This document shows positions 1 to 13,298 of a DNA stretch of 64,000 bases, piece after piece; position 1 is the stretch's first letter, and each line of letters starts with the position of its first letter. The stretch comes from Stegostoma tigrinum. Lineage: Eukaryota. The stretch lies in assembly GCF_030684315.1 (NCBI RefSeq), contig NC_081387.1:11882867-11946866 (forward strand). Direction: 5' to 3'. The notes under the pieces are model-generated. The model searched no databases. It worked only from the letters and a program-made list of their open reading frames with translations, and had not been told where the DNA came from. Position numbers and translations under genes: made by a program.

Positions 1-1085
1 AATTTTGGTTTCCTCAAATCACCTCCAAATACCTTTTATCTTAAAACTATAGTCATTTATTGCTAACCCTTCAAATAAAGAGTACAGTTGCTTTCATTTT
101 ACCCTGTCCATGCGCCTCATAATTTTTTACACATCAATAATGTCCTTGCCTAGCCTTCGCGGCTGTATCGACAACAACCCAAGCTTATCCAGCCTCACTT
201 CATAGCCAAATCATTCCACCTGAGACAACGTCTTAGTTATCAACATTCACCTTTGCATCTTTTCCAGTCCAATGACACCTTTTCTTTAGTGATGCAGAAC
301 GAAACTGGTCTAAAATATCCTCACTGTTTTCATATCCTATGCTACGAGTGATAAAGTCCAGGGCCCCGATGTTTTTTCAACTACTAATATCCTATCACCT
401 TCAGGGATCTGTGGACAAGCACCCTAGGATCCCTTTCTTCACCCCATCTTCTCGGTGCCCTGCAATCCGTTGCATACCGGTTGGCATTTTATTTCTCTGA
501 ACTGCATCAGCTCACCTTTATCAAGATTAAATTCCATCTAACATAAAGCTATCCGTATAACCAATCTTTTTATACATTACTGTAAACTAGGATGTTCTTC
601 CTCACTGTCGACCATGTGGTCAATCTTTGTGTCATCCAAAAACTTATTTATCAGATGTTGCCCACCCTCACACTCTTTCTTCTATGTGTAAATCATTTGT
701 AAATATCAGAAGCAATATAGGACTCAGCCATGACGTCTTGGCACACAACTGGGCACAGGCCTCCAATCAAACAAGCAAATTTCCTCCACCACCTTTTATC
801 TCCTAGCACGAAGCCAACTTGGGATCCACCTTGCCAAGTTACCCTGGATCCCATGTGGCTTTTTTTTTCAATCAGTCTTCCTTGGGGAACCTCTGCTGAA
901 ATCCATACAATCGAATCATCTATAAAAATCCTCATGTACACACCTGGTCACTTCCTCGAAAATTGTTAGGCATGGCTTCACTCTGATGAAGCCATGGTGA
1001 CTATCCATAATCAGACCTTGCCTCTTCAAATGGAAATTACATTTCTCCTTCAGAATTCTATTCAATAGATTTGTTACCACTGGTA
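1..1085 (-). mobile_element. Degenerate CR1-type LINE fragment
   Basis: Reverse complement resembles the CR1 ORF2 C-terminus (FNxDKxExMxF-like) and 3' region; no intact frame. Confidence 0.7.
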
Positions 1086-1314
1086 TGACAGTCGGGTGTG
1101 GGTGTTTGAGAGGCTGTTACGGAGTGAGTTCCAGAATTTTGACCCAACATCATATACAATTTATACTATGCCCTCACTTCGATTGGTATCATTCTATGCC
1201 AATATTCAACTTTGTCCAAGAGTCTCCATACCCTGATCAACATCTTCAATTAGTACAATAGTTTCCTTACAAACAATGACTTTACCTTTGGGATAGCTCG
1301 CATAGTTCATTAAA

Positions 1315-1530
1315 AACCGAAAGAACTGAGGATGTTGTAAATCAGGAACAAAAACAGAAGTTTCTGGAAAAGCTCAGCAGGTCTCGCAGCATCTGTGAAG
1401 AAAATATCCGAGTTAACATTTCGGGTACGGTTCTCAGAAAAGGTCACTGGACCCGAAATGTTAACTCTGACTTCTTTTCTTTACAGATGTTGCCAGACCA
1501 GCTCAGCTTTTCCAGCAACTTCTGCTTTTC
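1315..1530. mobile_element. Fold-back Penelope-terminus-derived element
   Basis: Inverted arms ctggaaaagctcagcaggtct / agaccagctcagcttttccag around a decayed hammerhead-like centre; absent from duplicate copy 2. Confidence 0.7.
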
Positions 1531-2079
1531 TCGCACAGCTCATCATCTTTAGAATCATTTCAATCTTGTTCCAAATCATTGTCTTTTTATCACATGAAAG
1601 AAGTTAGATGGCCTGGTGGCTCCGTGGTTAATACCGCCGTCTGAGCGAACACGTGTCTGCGTGGATTTCCTCCCCCAGTCGAAAGATCTATAGCTTCGGG
1701 CGATTGGCTGCACTAAATTGTTTTTAGTGTCCAGAGATGCGCTGGCTAGGTAGATTAACATGGAAAATGCAGGGTTCTGAGGTAGATTGGGACGCTCTTC
1801 TGTAAGTCAGTGTGCGTTCGTTGGGCCAAAGGGCTCGCTTCGACACTGAAGAGATTCGATAAATGAAGTGCCCCTTTTGTTTTTATTACGTTCGTTTGAA
1901 AAACAAGCAATTCCCACATGTTCTACAAACCGGGTTTAAAACCTAATATTTAACTCGACATCTTCTTCTTCTTCAAGCTATTTTATGATCTTACAACCAT
2001 GTAATAATTTACGCCTTCTTAAAGTTTACGAAACAACACACAATAACACCGTATGCAGTAACAGTAATTGTATCTTAGG

Positions 2080-2225
2080 AAAGGTAAATGCTATCCTTAC
2101 CTAGTCTGGCCTACATGTGACTCCAGTCCCACAGCAATGTGGTTGACTCTCAACTGTCCTCTGGGCAATTAGGGATGGGCAATAAATGCTGCCTGGTCAG
2201 TGATGACCTCATCCCGTGAATGAAT
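2080..2225 (+). mobile_element. Deu-type (SacSINE1-like) SINE fragment; related copies at ~24090-24440 (+), ~28215-28495 (-), ~35045-35210 (-)
   Basis: Shared core tctggcctacatgtgactccag...gggcaattagggatgggcaataaatgct; family name is from recall. Confidence 0.65.
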
Positions 2226-5200
2226 AAGGAAAAAAGTTTCCTAGTACTCAGACAGTTAGCGCCTAACTTCCGAATCTGTGGTCCGTAGATTCTAATGCAT
2301 GGAAGTCAAAGCAAAATCTCTTTCTTGGTCATGTTTTTATTGGCATTGCACAGCTAACAAAGTTACCACGGCTTGTTTCTGCTGGCCTAGCCATTGAATG
2401 CTGAAGTTATGTGTAGAACCAACTCAGCGTCTCATTTGTGAGCAGCAAAATGAACAGCCTAGCGTCCTCTGCCCTCAGGGGCTTTTTGGCATGCATTGAT
2501 TGCGTTCCAACCGTTGTACTGGGAGACCTGAGTTCAGGTCCCACTTCCTTCAGCGGTGTGTATTAATATCTCTGAGCTGGTTAATTGGAAAATTCCTGAG
2601 TCCTGATCTGCCGTCATTTATTGTTTCTTCAAGCAACCCTTGTAACAACTGCATGTTTTTAGACGTAAAATAGTTTTTAAAAACAAAACAAAAACTATTA
2701 GAAATCATTTTGACTTATTCAAATGAAACATTTCATTGTTCTTGTCATTTAATCGCACTATAAGCTGATTCCAAGAAAGTATGCCTACAACGATGTCCAG
2801 TCAATAAATTAAAATATTTCTCATCTTCAGGATAATAGTTGACTTAGTAATTAGGTCTGTTTTCATACTTGCCAAAAATTCCTGAACATTAGGCTGTCAA
2901 TTTTTGAATGAAAACGCTGACTAAGAACAATTTGCAGAGGAAACAGAAAAGAAGACGAACATACTGAGTGAATATATCGAAAACATGAATATATATTTAT
3001 GCATTCTTCGATTTATTTGTATGCCATTTGTTAACCATTTTTGTCCACTTGGTATATTTTGTAACGTATTCTATTTCTGTTCAACCAGGGAAATGGAGAA
3101 GATAAAGTCCAATGTTGCACACTGGACTTTAAAAAAATGGAACGAACAATCTTAGAGAAAGACAAGGTGGTATACAATTTGTTGAAAGATTTATATTCAT
3201 GTTATTTACCTTGATATCACCGAATTATATATGACATTACGCAATTTGGAAGCATTTCATTCAAACGTTCAATATTGTGGTCTGTCTGTATCCACCTATC
3301 CTTCATAATATTAATATTAATATTAGAAATCACACTGAAAAATTCATCAGAATAATTACGTGGAATGCTCAAAACTGTTATTGTCCCTTAATATATTCTG
3401 ATGGCTCCAAAACACTGAATTAACCATGATGTAATTTAACGTTGGTCGATGAATGTGGTTATGTTATAAAACATGGAGATCAAGTTCACTGATGAATTAA
3501 TTAGAGTAAGCAAGTGCATCGTTCCTGGTAGCTGGTTAATTACAAGTTATCTATTTTCACGTTTGAATTCTAAACACTCGCTGCTAAAAAATTACTCTAA
3601 ACCAGTTGAACAGAAAACATGGCAATGTACCACGGATTCTTCAATATATGAAAAGCAAACTGAAGTGTAGCTGGAGAAACACACAAGAGAAATATTGTTG
3701 AATTAATAATCGAGTATTATTGAAATAATAATGTAATACTAATTATGTTCATATTTTACTTTCCTCAAACAGACAGGTGCAGAGGACAATTTACAATATT
3801 GATCATTAAAATTAAATGAAAAGAATGAAAACCAGTACGTCTGAAGATAAGAACAAGAGAAGATTACGTTGGATTTGGGAAATTATGTCACAAACTTGAA
3901 GTTGCTCAATAGTTTTATCTCCAAAATGATTGCATATTTTAAAGAAGTGAAATTCAGCATATCTATCCATCTATCTGTGTATCTATCCATCTGTCTATCG
4001 TACGAGCAATATAAGCCAATTAGCCCCTCGAGCTTGCACTGACAGAATAGGCGAAGGTTGATCATCCATTACCAAAACCCCTCATTATCCCCATCCCCTT
4101 TAATATCTCTAGAGAATAGAAATCTATCAAACTCTGCCTTGAACTAACTTAATGACTGAGGTTTCAGAGCCCTCTGAAGCATAGAATTTTGCAAATTCAT
4201 CACCTCCCAGTGAAGAAAATTCTTCTGTACACTGTTCTAGATCACTTGACCTTTATTCTAAGACTGTGACCCTCGGTTCTAGACCCCGTGGCTAGGATGA
4301 CCGTGCTTTTTTTTCCATTTATTATAGTGCTTGAATAATTTCATATGTTTCAATAAGTTTGACTCTCATTCTTCTAAACTCCCGAGAATAAAGGCTCAGT
4401 CTCCTCCTTAGTCATCATAGGAAAGTACCAACATCAGTTGGTCAGTTTAGTGAGTATTTTTTGCTTTCCCTCCAGGACAGGTCTGTCCATCCACATAATA
4501 GGGGATGATATACACATACAATGCTCCTGAGGCAGTCTCATCAGTGTTATAAATAACTGAAGTTCAGTTTCTTTGCTCCTGTGCTTAATCTCTTCTTGCG
4601 ATAAAGGGTTATATATCTTTTGACTTCTGAGTCTTTTGGTCCTGCATGTGCAGGTTAACTTTCAAGGAGTAATGGACAAGGGCACCGAGATTACAGTTTT
4701 AATGAGTCGTACATGCTGACATTTTTATTTTAAATTGTTTACCTGAAGGTATAATCAATTCACTTGTAGTAATGATTCTTATTCAGTACAGAAAACTGGT
4801 CGTTGCTTTCGACCAATATGGGTCAGAAAATTCATAACACTGGGGACGTTGAGATCATTTAGAAGTCTTTAAGTTTTGTGATGATTCCGGGAATAGCAAG
4901 GCTGTATTTCCAGGGTGCTACGCCAGCAAGCAGCGACAACTCCATCAGATTTGGCAGACAAAGCTAGGTTGGGGGGTGGGCTTTGGGGTACAATCAGATC
5001 GAGGTTGCATGTTGAAAGAAGTATGTCAGAATTCCAGCAGCTTAACTACCAGCCAGTGCCTGAGTATGTGCATTTTACACCTCCCCGGAATGGCACCAGT
5101 GAATGGTGTTGGCAGGACCACATTGGATACCTTGAACCCCGCTCATCACCCCACTGGCAATTTTTCCCTCAACAAAGACACACAGCAAGAGTCATCACGG

Positions 5201-5666
5201 AAGACAATAAGACAACCCAAGAAGGCCCAGGAGAAGTAATTGGTGCAGGTATTATCCTTTCTCAGGCCGATAGTGCTTAATATAGAGTAAATATGTGGGA
5301 ATTTGGGAAATGTTTGCAAGACGTTAATAAGGAATAATTTTGCTAATAAAGTTGTATAGAACTGCAAACTAAGCTATGTGTCCCTCTGTCCACCTCACAG
5401 ACGAACGTACAAGGGTAAAGTGCTTTTAATACATAAACTGGTCCAAGTGCCCGAAGTACAGATAACAAGATGAACACATTTTTGACTAGATACTATGGCT
5501 CACTTTATTCATAGAGTTGCTCAAGATGATTTAATAAGTAACACCAATACTAGAGTAATTGAATTAGGAACTCAAGGCAGAATGATTGGCAGAAGAAGGT
5601 TAATTGGTGGGCACTTAATCTTCTGTCATTGAATATAATATGGTCGAACAAGTGGTAGAACCAACC

Positions 5667-7090
5667 TCAATTGGAACGGCATGAAAACAAAGTGGTGAGG
5701 AGGCAATGTTCAACCATTACGCTGTTGACAGCACTGCTGATTAAGAGTAGATGGATTGAACAACTCTTGGTTAGGTTAGATTTGTCCTGTGTATTTTTTT
5801 TTCTAAATACAGAGCATGCAACAGCAATTGTTGGAGGCATGTCAATATTCTCGTTGGGCTGGGGCAGCTCAGCTAGGAGTGTGGCTAATCCCGCGTCATA
5901 AATCTTCAGTGCTATTGCCGAAAAGTTGTCAAAGCCCACATCCTTTGAAGTATCCATTGCTTGCATCCGTTTCTTGATGTCACATTGAGTCAATCAAAAG
6001 GCTGGAGACAGTGAGTTGCGATGCTCCTTAACTTCTGAAGGAAGCTACGATGAATCATCCCCTTTGCATTTCAGTTTGAAGATGGTCACAAATACTTGAC
6101 GCATTTTTTCTATCCATTTTGTGAGAAGTGGGCATTGCTGGCTGGCCAGCATTTCTCAATAATCCCTGTTACCCTTGAGAAGGTGGTGGTGAGCTGCCTT
6201 CTTCAACTGGTGCAGGTTGACCCACAATGCCATACAGTAGGGAATTCCAGGATTTTAACCCAGTCACAGTGGAGGTATAGAGGTATCTTTCCAAGTCTTA
6301 TCTCTTACATCAACGTGTTGGGCTTGCCCATTATTGAGGATGGAAATATTTTTGAAGCCTCCTTCCCTTGTGAATTTTGTGTTCCAATGTTCGCGATTGA
6401 TTGTAGCAGAAAGACACATCTTAGGTCTGATCCCTTCGTTGTTCAGTCACTCAGCTCTGTCTATCACTTCTTTCTTGTGCTGTCTGCTGTAGAAGTAATC
6501 ATGTTTTGTAGCTTCAAGGGATTGGTATCTCATTTTAGCCATCCCTGCTTCTATCCAGATATCTACTCCTGAATTCTTCATTTGAATCACGACTGATCCC
6601 TGATGTTTTGGTAATGATAGAGAAGTTGATATTCCAGGCCAGGAGGGGCACATTGTGTTCGATTACAATTTTGCTGCGGGTGATGGTCTGTAGGGCCTCA
6701 GAGAAGCTGAGTCCTAAGTTGTTTGATCTGATCGATGTCTGTTACATTGAGCACGGCAATAGTACCAAACAGAATGATGTGTGCGCTCAGTGTGAAGTTG
6801 AGAATTTTGGTTCGAATAAGGACCATGAGGTCATCACTTCGACATCTATTGACATGGACAGATACACCTTGAACAGGCAGGTTAGTGAAGATGAGGTCAG
6901 GAACGTCTCCACTCCGTTTCCTTTGTTCCCTCACCATCTGCTACAGACTCAGTTAACAAACATGCCCTTTCGGACTCGATCAGCTTGGTCAATAGTGTTG
7001 CTGTCGAGCCGATCTTGGTCATTTACTTCGAAGGCCGCGGCCAGACAGTACATTTTGTGCTCCTGACATCCTGAGAACTTCCTACAAGCG
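5667..7090 (-). mobile_element. Decayed LINE ORF2 (endonuclease to RT region)
   Basis: ORF 5667-5993 resembles the LINE KAxGPDNIP...LA.L...KKQDKSNPxNYRPISLL region; many stops and frameshifts. Confidence 0.75.
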
Positions 7091-7329
7091 GTAATCAACA
7101 TTGATATTCGTCAGCAAAAGGAGTGAGCAACGAAGATGTCAGCAGATTTCATTCTCCGTGTTTCCAATTACAGCCACCATTGTACTCGATGGTTTGCGGA
7201 TTAATGGGCGAGTCAATGAGAAGATCTCCTATGGAAACTTCATCCCGGCTGTCTGCCTCTGAACAGCCACCTCTGCTGGTCTGTCTGCCGTTAGAGCAGA
7301 GCCGCACTAAAACAGGAAATGCGAGAAGC

Positions 7330-7706
7330 ACACAAACGGGCCGGATGGTTTCTTTTGCGGAATCAGTTGCTCCTGCTTCAGGGAGTCGATCTGAAATGTT
7401 AAACAAACTGCTTCTCCCTCCCAGCTGCCAAAGCCATCCGGCCTCGGAACTTCGCGTAAACTCCGTCCAGGGCGGACTTCGGGACACACCACTACGCAGA
7501 GCGGCCGAGCGGAGGCTTTCGGTTCGGTCTCCATCGGGAGGACTTCAACCGGGATCTTGAGTTCATGTCGCACTACAGGTGACCCTACAACACTACACAC
7601 TCTCACATAGACTCATCCCTCACAAACACATACTCTCAGGTGGCACACAGACTCTCGCAAGCACGCACATACATACTCATACAAACACACACTCCGCACG
7701 CGCGCG

Positions 7707-7737
<31 letters not shown>

Positions 7738-7850
7738 AGTCATAAGCACACGAATATGGACATATATTCTATTTTGTTCAGAAAGCACACAATTTGTAGA
7801 CAATGTGGCATTTTATAAATCTCTACTTTGGAAATAAAACAAGTCTGATT
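7330..7850 (+). mobile_element. Penelope-like element 3' end (GIY-YIG C-terminus plus CA-rich tail); paralog at ~32230-33320
   Basis: HPASELRVNSVQGGLRDT...RRAAER here, and EDGLNRDLAFMSHY in the paralog. Confidence 0.75.
7695..7738. repeat. (CG)n(CA)n alternating purine-pyrimidine microsatellite
   Basis: cgcacgcgcgcgcgcgcgcgcacacacaca... seen directly. Confidence 0.95.
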
Positions 7851-8179
7851 CATTTCGCTTATTTATTTAACCCATTTAACTCCGTCAGAAAGACCTTTAG
7901 ATGGTGCTGTTTCCGCACTGAGCCTCGGCACCAGCTGCCCCGAGCTTTAGTGCGTCCCACAGCACGTGGCTCTGTACTTTGGTATGTGCCGGTCTTCAAC
8001 ACTCCGTCGTGGTCAACTAGAATCGCGGTGCCACTTCCCTGATTTCTGCTTCATGTCCTGCAGCCTCTACCTGCTGTTCATAAAACTTCCCAGTCAGTAC
8101 CAACTCGCGTTTTCTCCAGGTTTCTGCTGTTTTTATTATATTACCATCTATACCACCTGCCTGTTACAACTGCCTGCTT

Positions 8180-8560
8180 GTGTCTCCCTTCCTCACAGTA
8201 CCTTCTCTTCTGCACACTATCTTCCCTACTTCACCCCACCTTCTCTCACTCACCTTGCCTTCTCCCCTTCTCTCCTGCACCAAACTTCTCTCCCTCACCT
8301 CACCTTCTCTCCCTCACCTTATCTTGTCTACTTCACACTACCTTCTCTCCCACATCTTATCTTGTCTCCTTCACCCGATCTTCTCTCCCTCACCTTACTT
8401 TCTCTCCCTCAGCTTACCTCCTCTCCCTCAACTCACCTTCTTTCCCTCACTATACCTTCCCTCCTTCACCTCGCCTTTTCTCCCTCACCCTACCTTCTCG
8501 CTCTCATCCTAACATTTATCCCTCACCCTACGTTCTCTCTGTCACCCTACATTCCCTCAT
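8180..8560 (+). repeat. Pyrimidine-rich minisatellite (~15/30-bp period, ccttctctccctcac)
   Basis: Repeated unit visible; it explains the S/P/L/H-rich ORFs in all three frames. Confidence 0.9.
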
Positions 8561-8754
8561 GGTCTCCTCGAGCTCTCTTGCTCGTCGAGCTCCAGGGATC
8601 AAGGCCCTAGCACTGCTCCTCCCGTCTCCTGGCTGCCATGAACTCAGGCTTTCAGATTTGGACTGGGGCCTAGCAGTACCTGTACAGCCTACATATGGCC
8701 CTTTCGCCTTATCTCCTGTTACTGCAGCAGTGGGAGTTCATACAGCTCCCCCCC

Positions 8755-9050
8755 TACACCCAGCTCAGTGTTTGTGTAAACTGCAGTAATTTTATAGCAA
8801 CTCCCCGAGTCCTGTGTTATATAAGCCTCAGCAATTTTATAACAACTTCCCAGAGCCCAGTGTTGAAATAACACCCGGTAAGTTTATAATAACTCCCCAG
8901 CCCACTGTATATGTAGCTCCCAGTAAGATTATGACAGCTCCTCCAGCCCAGTGTTTATAAAATCCCCAGTAGGTTTATTACTCCCCAGCGCAGTGTTTCA
9001 ATAACACCCAGTGAGTTTATAACAACCCCAGCCCAGTGTTTATACAAACT
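8755..9050 (+). repeat. ~40-bp minisatellite (ccagcccagtgtttata...cccagtaa...ttataacaactcc)
   Basis: About seven degenerate tandem units visible. Confidence 0.85.
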
Positions 9051-9079
9051 CCAGAATCTCTATAAATTTATAAATTACT

Positions 9080-9870
9080 CACCTCTCCACTTCACTTCCT
9101 CTGGTAGCTCATTCCATGCACACGTCATCCACTGCATGAAAAAGTTGCTCCTCACGTCTCTTTTAAATCTTTATTCTGCCATCTTAAACCTATGCCCTCT
9201 ATATTTGCATTTGTCTACCCTGGGGAAAAGACCTGGACACCCTGTACATTCCCCTCATAGTTTTATAAGCTTCTCTGAGGTCAACCCTCAACTTTCGACG
9301 CTCCAGGGAAAATAGACCCAGTCTATTCAGCCTCTGCCTAGAGGTTAAAATCTCCAACCCTGGCAACATCATTCTAAATCTCCTCTCAACTCTTTCATGT
9401 TTAACCACATCTCTCCGATCGCAGGGAGACCAGAATTGAATGCAGTATTCTGAAAGTGGCCGAGCCAATGTCCTATACAGCTGCAACGTGACATCCCAAC
9501 TCCTATGCTCAATGCACTGACCAATGAAGGCAAGCGTACCAAACGCCTTCTGCAGCACCCTGTCTACCAGCAACTTCACTTTCAAGGAATTATGCACCCG
9601 CACCCCAAAGTCTCTTTGTTCAGCAACACTCCCTGGGCCCTACTATTAATCGTGTATGTCCTGCCCTGGTTTGCCCTACCAAAATGCATCACCTCACATT
9701 CATCTAAATTCAAATCCAACTGCAGTTCCTGAGCCCATCTAATCAATCTCCCCTTGTACACAGAGATAATCTTCTTTACTGTCCACTGCACCACCAATTT
9801 TGGTGTCATCCGTAAACTTATGAACCATACTTCCTACATTTACAGCCAAGCATTGATATAAATGACGAAA
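9080..9870 (-). mobile_element. CR1 LINE 3' fragment
   Basis: LYRTLARPLSEYCIQFWSP...RLNRLGLFSLERRKLR and LDECEVMHFGRAN are CR1 ORF2 C-terminal motifs. Confidence 0.92.
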
Positions 9871-11042
9871 AGCCATGACCTGAATGAATAGTGGGTTAGA
9901 ATCATCAGGTTGGATGGACCACTCCTGTTATTATGTTATGATACGACCACTGTGGCTGTGCTGACAGCTGGAGTGCACGTCTTCCCTAATGCTGTCAAAA
10001 CAGAGGCTGCAGTCACATTCAGCTCCACAGGCCCAAACAGATGGATCATCCTGCTCCTTCACTGGAGTCGACCCTGTACTGCAATTAAGAGCTGTTTGAA
10101 GCAACAGCCCAAAAACCAGCAAAATGTTGGCATTGATACACTGAAAACTTCTGCTTTTAGCCACACTATCCCCATAATCTTTTTTGCCAACTGTACACAA
10201 AAATTTAACTTCTAAAGACATTGAATTGCTGATCTTATCCAAATCAAATACCACCATCTGCCAGAGTGGGACTCAGACCTGCACCTCAGAACATCTCTTG
10301 ATCTGGGGGTATTCCCATTGCCTCCCCCATACGCCACACTCTATAATCCATTACATCCCTACTCTGTTGCAAATGCACAAAACTATCTGCCAAAAGAATC
10401 ATGAAGACTGCTACAAACACACCACTCGGCAGTGAGTTCCATACCCGCAGCACTACATGGAAAACAAGCGCTTTCCCGCTCCTTTGATGCTGCTTGGCCT
10501 GCTGTGTTCATCCATCTCTGCACCTTGTTATCTGTCCAGTATCTGCAGTCCCTGCTATCCCAAAAATTCTGTATTCTTTCCCATGCAACAATTGTAAATG
10601 TTTCATCTAGACTTATCAAAAAATCAGAATTTTTTTTTAAACCCACTCTTTCAAATTCCTTCCAAAAGTTAAAGATCCCCATTTGTTGTCTTCAACATTC
10701 CAGAGGATAAAGTCCCAAGCATGGCATCACTTCCTGTCTGGAGCAGCTGCTCAATCTTAACCAATGATATAGGTGGAATGTTGGCTCAGTGCCATCTGAC
10801 AGCGCGGGAACTCAGGTTCAGTTCCACCTTAGACTTGATTTTTGTAAGGTGCATTCAGTAGTGAAATTGGTGTCCAATCTCGACGTTCCTCCTTTTCCAG
10901 CTGAGTATGAAGCTAGTGGATTTGCACAAAAAAAACTGACCAACAGCGATGAACACAACTTGCAGCACAGTTACAGAGAACGGCAGAAAACGCCTGCACC
11001 AAAAAAACATTACGTAACTACTGTCTCATTCAAAAATCACAA

Positions 11043-11183
11043 CCCCACTACCACAAATTTTGCAGTCGAGTATCCCGCATTTGGGGACATCGCAGGCGTC
11101 AGCACACCCGAAGTGCAATGGGCTAGCCTCGTCCTGGGAGAACCACCTTGTTGATCATAGTATCTCCCCTGCCAGGTAAGTAG
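11043..11183 (-). ncRNA. RNU1: U1 snRNA variant or pseudogene lacking stem-loop 4
   Basis: Minus strand reads CTACTTACCTGGCAGGGGAGATACTATGATCAACAAGGTGGTTCTCCCAGG...ATTGCAC...AAATTTGTGGTAGTGGGG. The 5' splice-site guide, U1A loop and Sm site are present; homology stops at GGGG. Confidence 0.95.
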
Positions 11184-11247
11184 GCTCTTACGACTCACAC
11201 GCTCACATCCCACAACACCCGCTACCTCTCACACTCACATTCACTTC

Positions 11248-11418
11248 GTTTTCTAACATCGGAAAGTCACCTAATGAAGCTTCCCTGCCTTAGCCCCAGC
11301 CCAATTCCTCCAATAGATCACAGCGCATCTCCAAATCCCATGTTTTACTGGAATAATACACAAGATGGATGATGCGTTCCTTATTTGCATATATCCCTGA
11401 AAAGGAAACGCTCCGCCC
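11248..11418 (-). promoter_or_regulatory. snRNA-type promoter: PSE-like element plus DSE (octamer, GC box)
   Basis: Octamer ATGCAAAT at 11383-11390 (about -200), GGGCGG at 11413-11418, PSE-like CTTTCCGATGTTAGAAAAC at 11248-11266. Confidence 0.6.
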
Positions 11419-12371
11419 TCTACTGCCTTCACGCTGCCTCCTGATTCGTGGAGAGAGATTTCCCCAGACCCGCTGCAAGTTCGAACTTCACTGTTTTCAA
11501 AACACTTTTCACAATTTGATGTGAACGCGAATAAAAGCAACTTCCAAACTTGCCTCGTGAAACCTGAAGCTTTTATTTTTGTGAACAAGTTAACACTTTG
11601 TTTACCTTTAGCTCTGCAAATGTCTCTTCAATTTGATACATGACTTCGCCGGAAATGTTATTCAAGATTAAGGGGTGCCAGGGAGAAGTGAATATTTCTC
11701 AACAAGATTTGGATGAGACATTAAACTGAGATAACCACCTCCTCTGGCTGCACGCTCCAGGCACTGATCACCCTCTGTGTCCAAAAAAAGGGCCTGTGAT
11801 TAAGATTTAAATAACGTTGGTTGTGTGTCTGATTTACTTATTCACATTAACAATGAGACATGGTTCACCATGAGACCTCGTCTATTATCGTCGAATCTCA
11901 AGATGGATACATATGTGCCCAACTCTACAAAAGCCGTCTTACCCTTTAAATTCCTGAGTAACATTACACTTCTTAAATGCCCTCAGACTGGTTTACAATC
12001 TACTTTTTGTAGTTTTATTTCAAAAATGTACTTTATTCATTAAAAAGAAAATGTGCATACACATTGTCACAAGTACAGTTTGATTCTACACAGTATCTTA
12101 TCAAGCAAACAAGTCCTTACAAAGGGTAATATCCAAAACATTGACTGATCCTTTCCTCCAGATGATGCCTGGCCTGCTGTATTCTTCCAGTGTCTTGTTT
12201 GTCTAAGTTGGATTCCAGCATCTGCAGTTTTTTTAATCTTAACCAAATAAAATGTTTGAGTTTGACTCAATCCCAACAAACCAAAGATATCTCTTACACA
12301 CACAAGTTGAAATTTACATTTTCCTCAGGCGACAGGGGTTGCCATGGGTACCTACATGGACCCTAGTTATG

Positions 12372-12947
12372 TGAGGCTGGATGAACACAGCAGGCCAAGC
12401 AGCATCTCAGGAGCACAAAAGCTGACGTTTCGGGCCTAGAACCTTCATCAGAGAGGGGGATGGGGAGAGGGTTCTGGAATAAATAGGGAGAGAGGGGGAG
12501 GCGGACCGAAGATGGAGAGAAAAGAAGATAGGTGGAGAGAGTATAGGTGGGGAGGTAGGGAGGGGATAGGTCAGTCCAGGGAAGACGGACAGGTCAAGGA
12601 GGTGGGATGAGGTTAGTAGGTAGATGGGGGTGCGGCTTGGGGTGGGAGGAAGGGATGGGTGAGAGGAAGAACAGGTTAGGGTTAGCAACTCATATTCCGC
12701 TTGGGACCCCTGCAGCCTAATGGTATCAATGTGGACTTCACCAGCTTCAAAATCTCCCCTTCCCCCACCACATCCCCCTCTCTCCCTATTTATTCCAGAA
12801 CCCTCACCCCATCCCCCTCTCTGATGAAGGGTCTAGGCCCGAAACGGCAGCTTTTGTGCTCCTGAGATGCTGCTTGGCCTGCTGTGTTCATCCAGCCTCA
12901 CATTTTATTATCTTGGACTCTCCAGCATCTGCAGTTCCCATTATCTC
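12372..12947. mobile_element. Inverted Penelope-terminus insert with 15-bp TSD
   Basis: TSD tggaccctagttatg at 12357-12371 and 12948-12962; inverted pLTR-like arms. Confidence 0.9.
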
Positions 12948-12994
12948 TGGACCCTAGTTATGCCTGTCTTTTCATGGGGTACATGGAACATTCA

Positions 12995-13298
12995 CAGAAT
13001 CTTAAAATCCCTACAGTGTGGAAACAGGCCCTTTGGCCCAACACGTCCACACCGAACCTCACAGCTTCCCAGCCAGACCCAACCCCCGAGAACCCACCTC
13101 ATCTACACATTCCTATAGGCAACATAGCATGGCCAATCCACCTAACCCACACATCTTTGGACCGTGGTGGAAACCGGAGCAAACCTATGCAGACACAGGG
13201 AGAATGTGCAAACTCCACACAGTCACCTGCGGCTGGAATTCAATCTGGGTCCTTTGCGCTGTGAGGCAGCAGGGCTAACCACTGGGCCACCGTGCTCC
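12995..13298 (-). mobile_element. HE1/V-SINE-type tRNA-derived SINE
   Basis: Reverse complement begins ggggagcacggtggcccagtggttagccctgctgcctcacagc; core ggagtttgcacattctccc...ggattggccatgcta. Confidence 0.85.

Larger units (their letters stand above)
5..7850 (+). repeat. Segmental duplication, copy 1 (paralogous to about 27040-32960)
   Basis: Collinear shared blocks, e.g. gctaacccttcaaataaagag (~62 / ~27096), aatttgcagaggaaacagaaaa (~2929 / ~29351), LINE remnant 6300-7050 / 30000-30700, PLE end 7100-7600 / 32020-32500. Confidence 0.9.

Noticed and set aside
3000-3425. Apparent swap of two blocks relative to duplicate copy 2 (29430-29830)
   Set aside because: Copy 2 has Y-X-Y' with the second Y truncated, so a small tandem duplication with differential loss explains it.
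3070-3850. Acceptor-like sites (~3088, ~3772) as tail exons of an upstream receptor
   Set aside because: No recognisable ITIM/ITAM or other support, and the sites are not retained in duplicate copy 2.
7966-8789. Long ORFs of 214 and 203 aa
   Set aside because: They arise from a stop-poor pyrimidine minisatellite open in all three frames.
8755-9050. CRISPR-like repeat array
   Set aside because: Eukaryotic degenerate minisatellite with no unique spacers and no cas genes.
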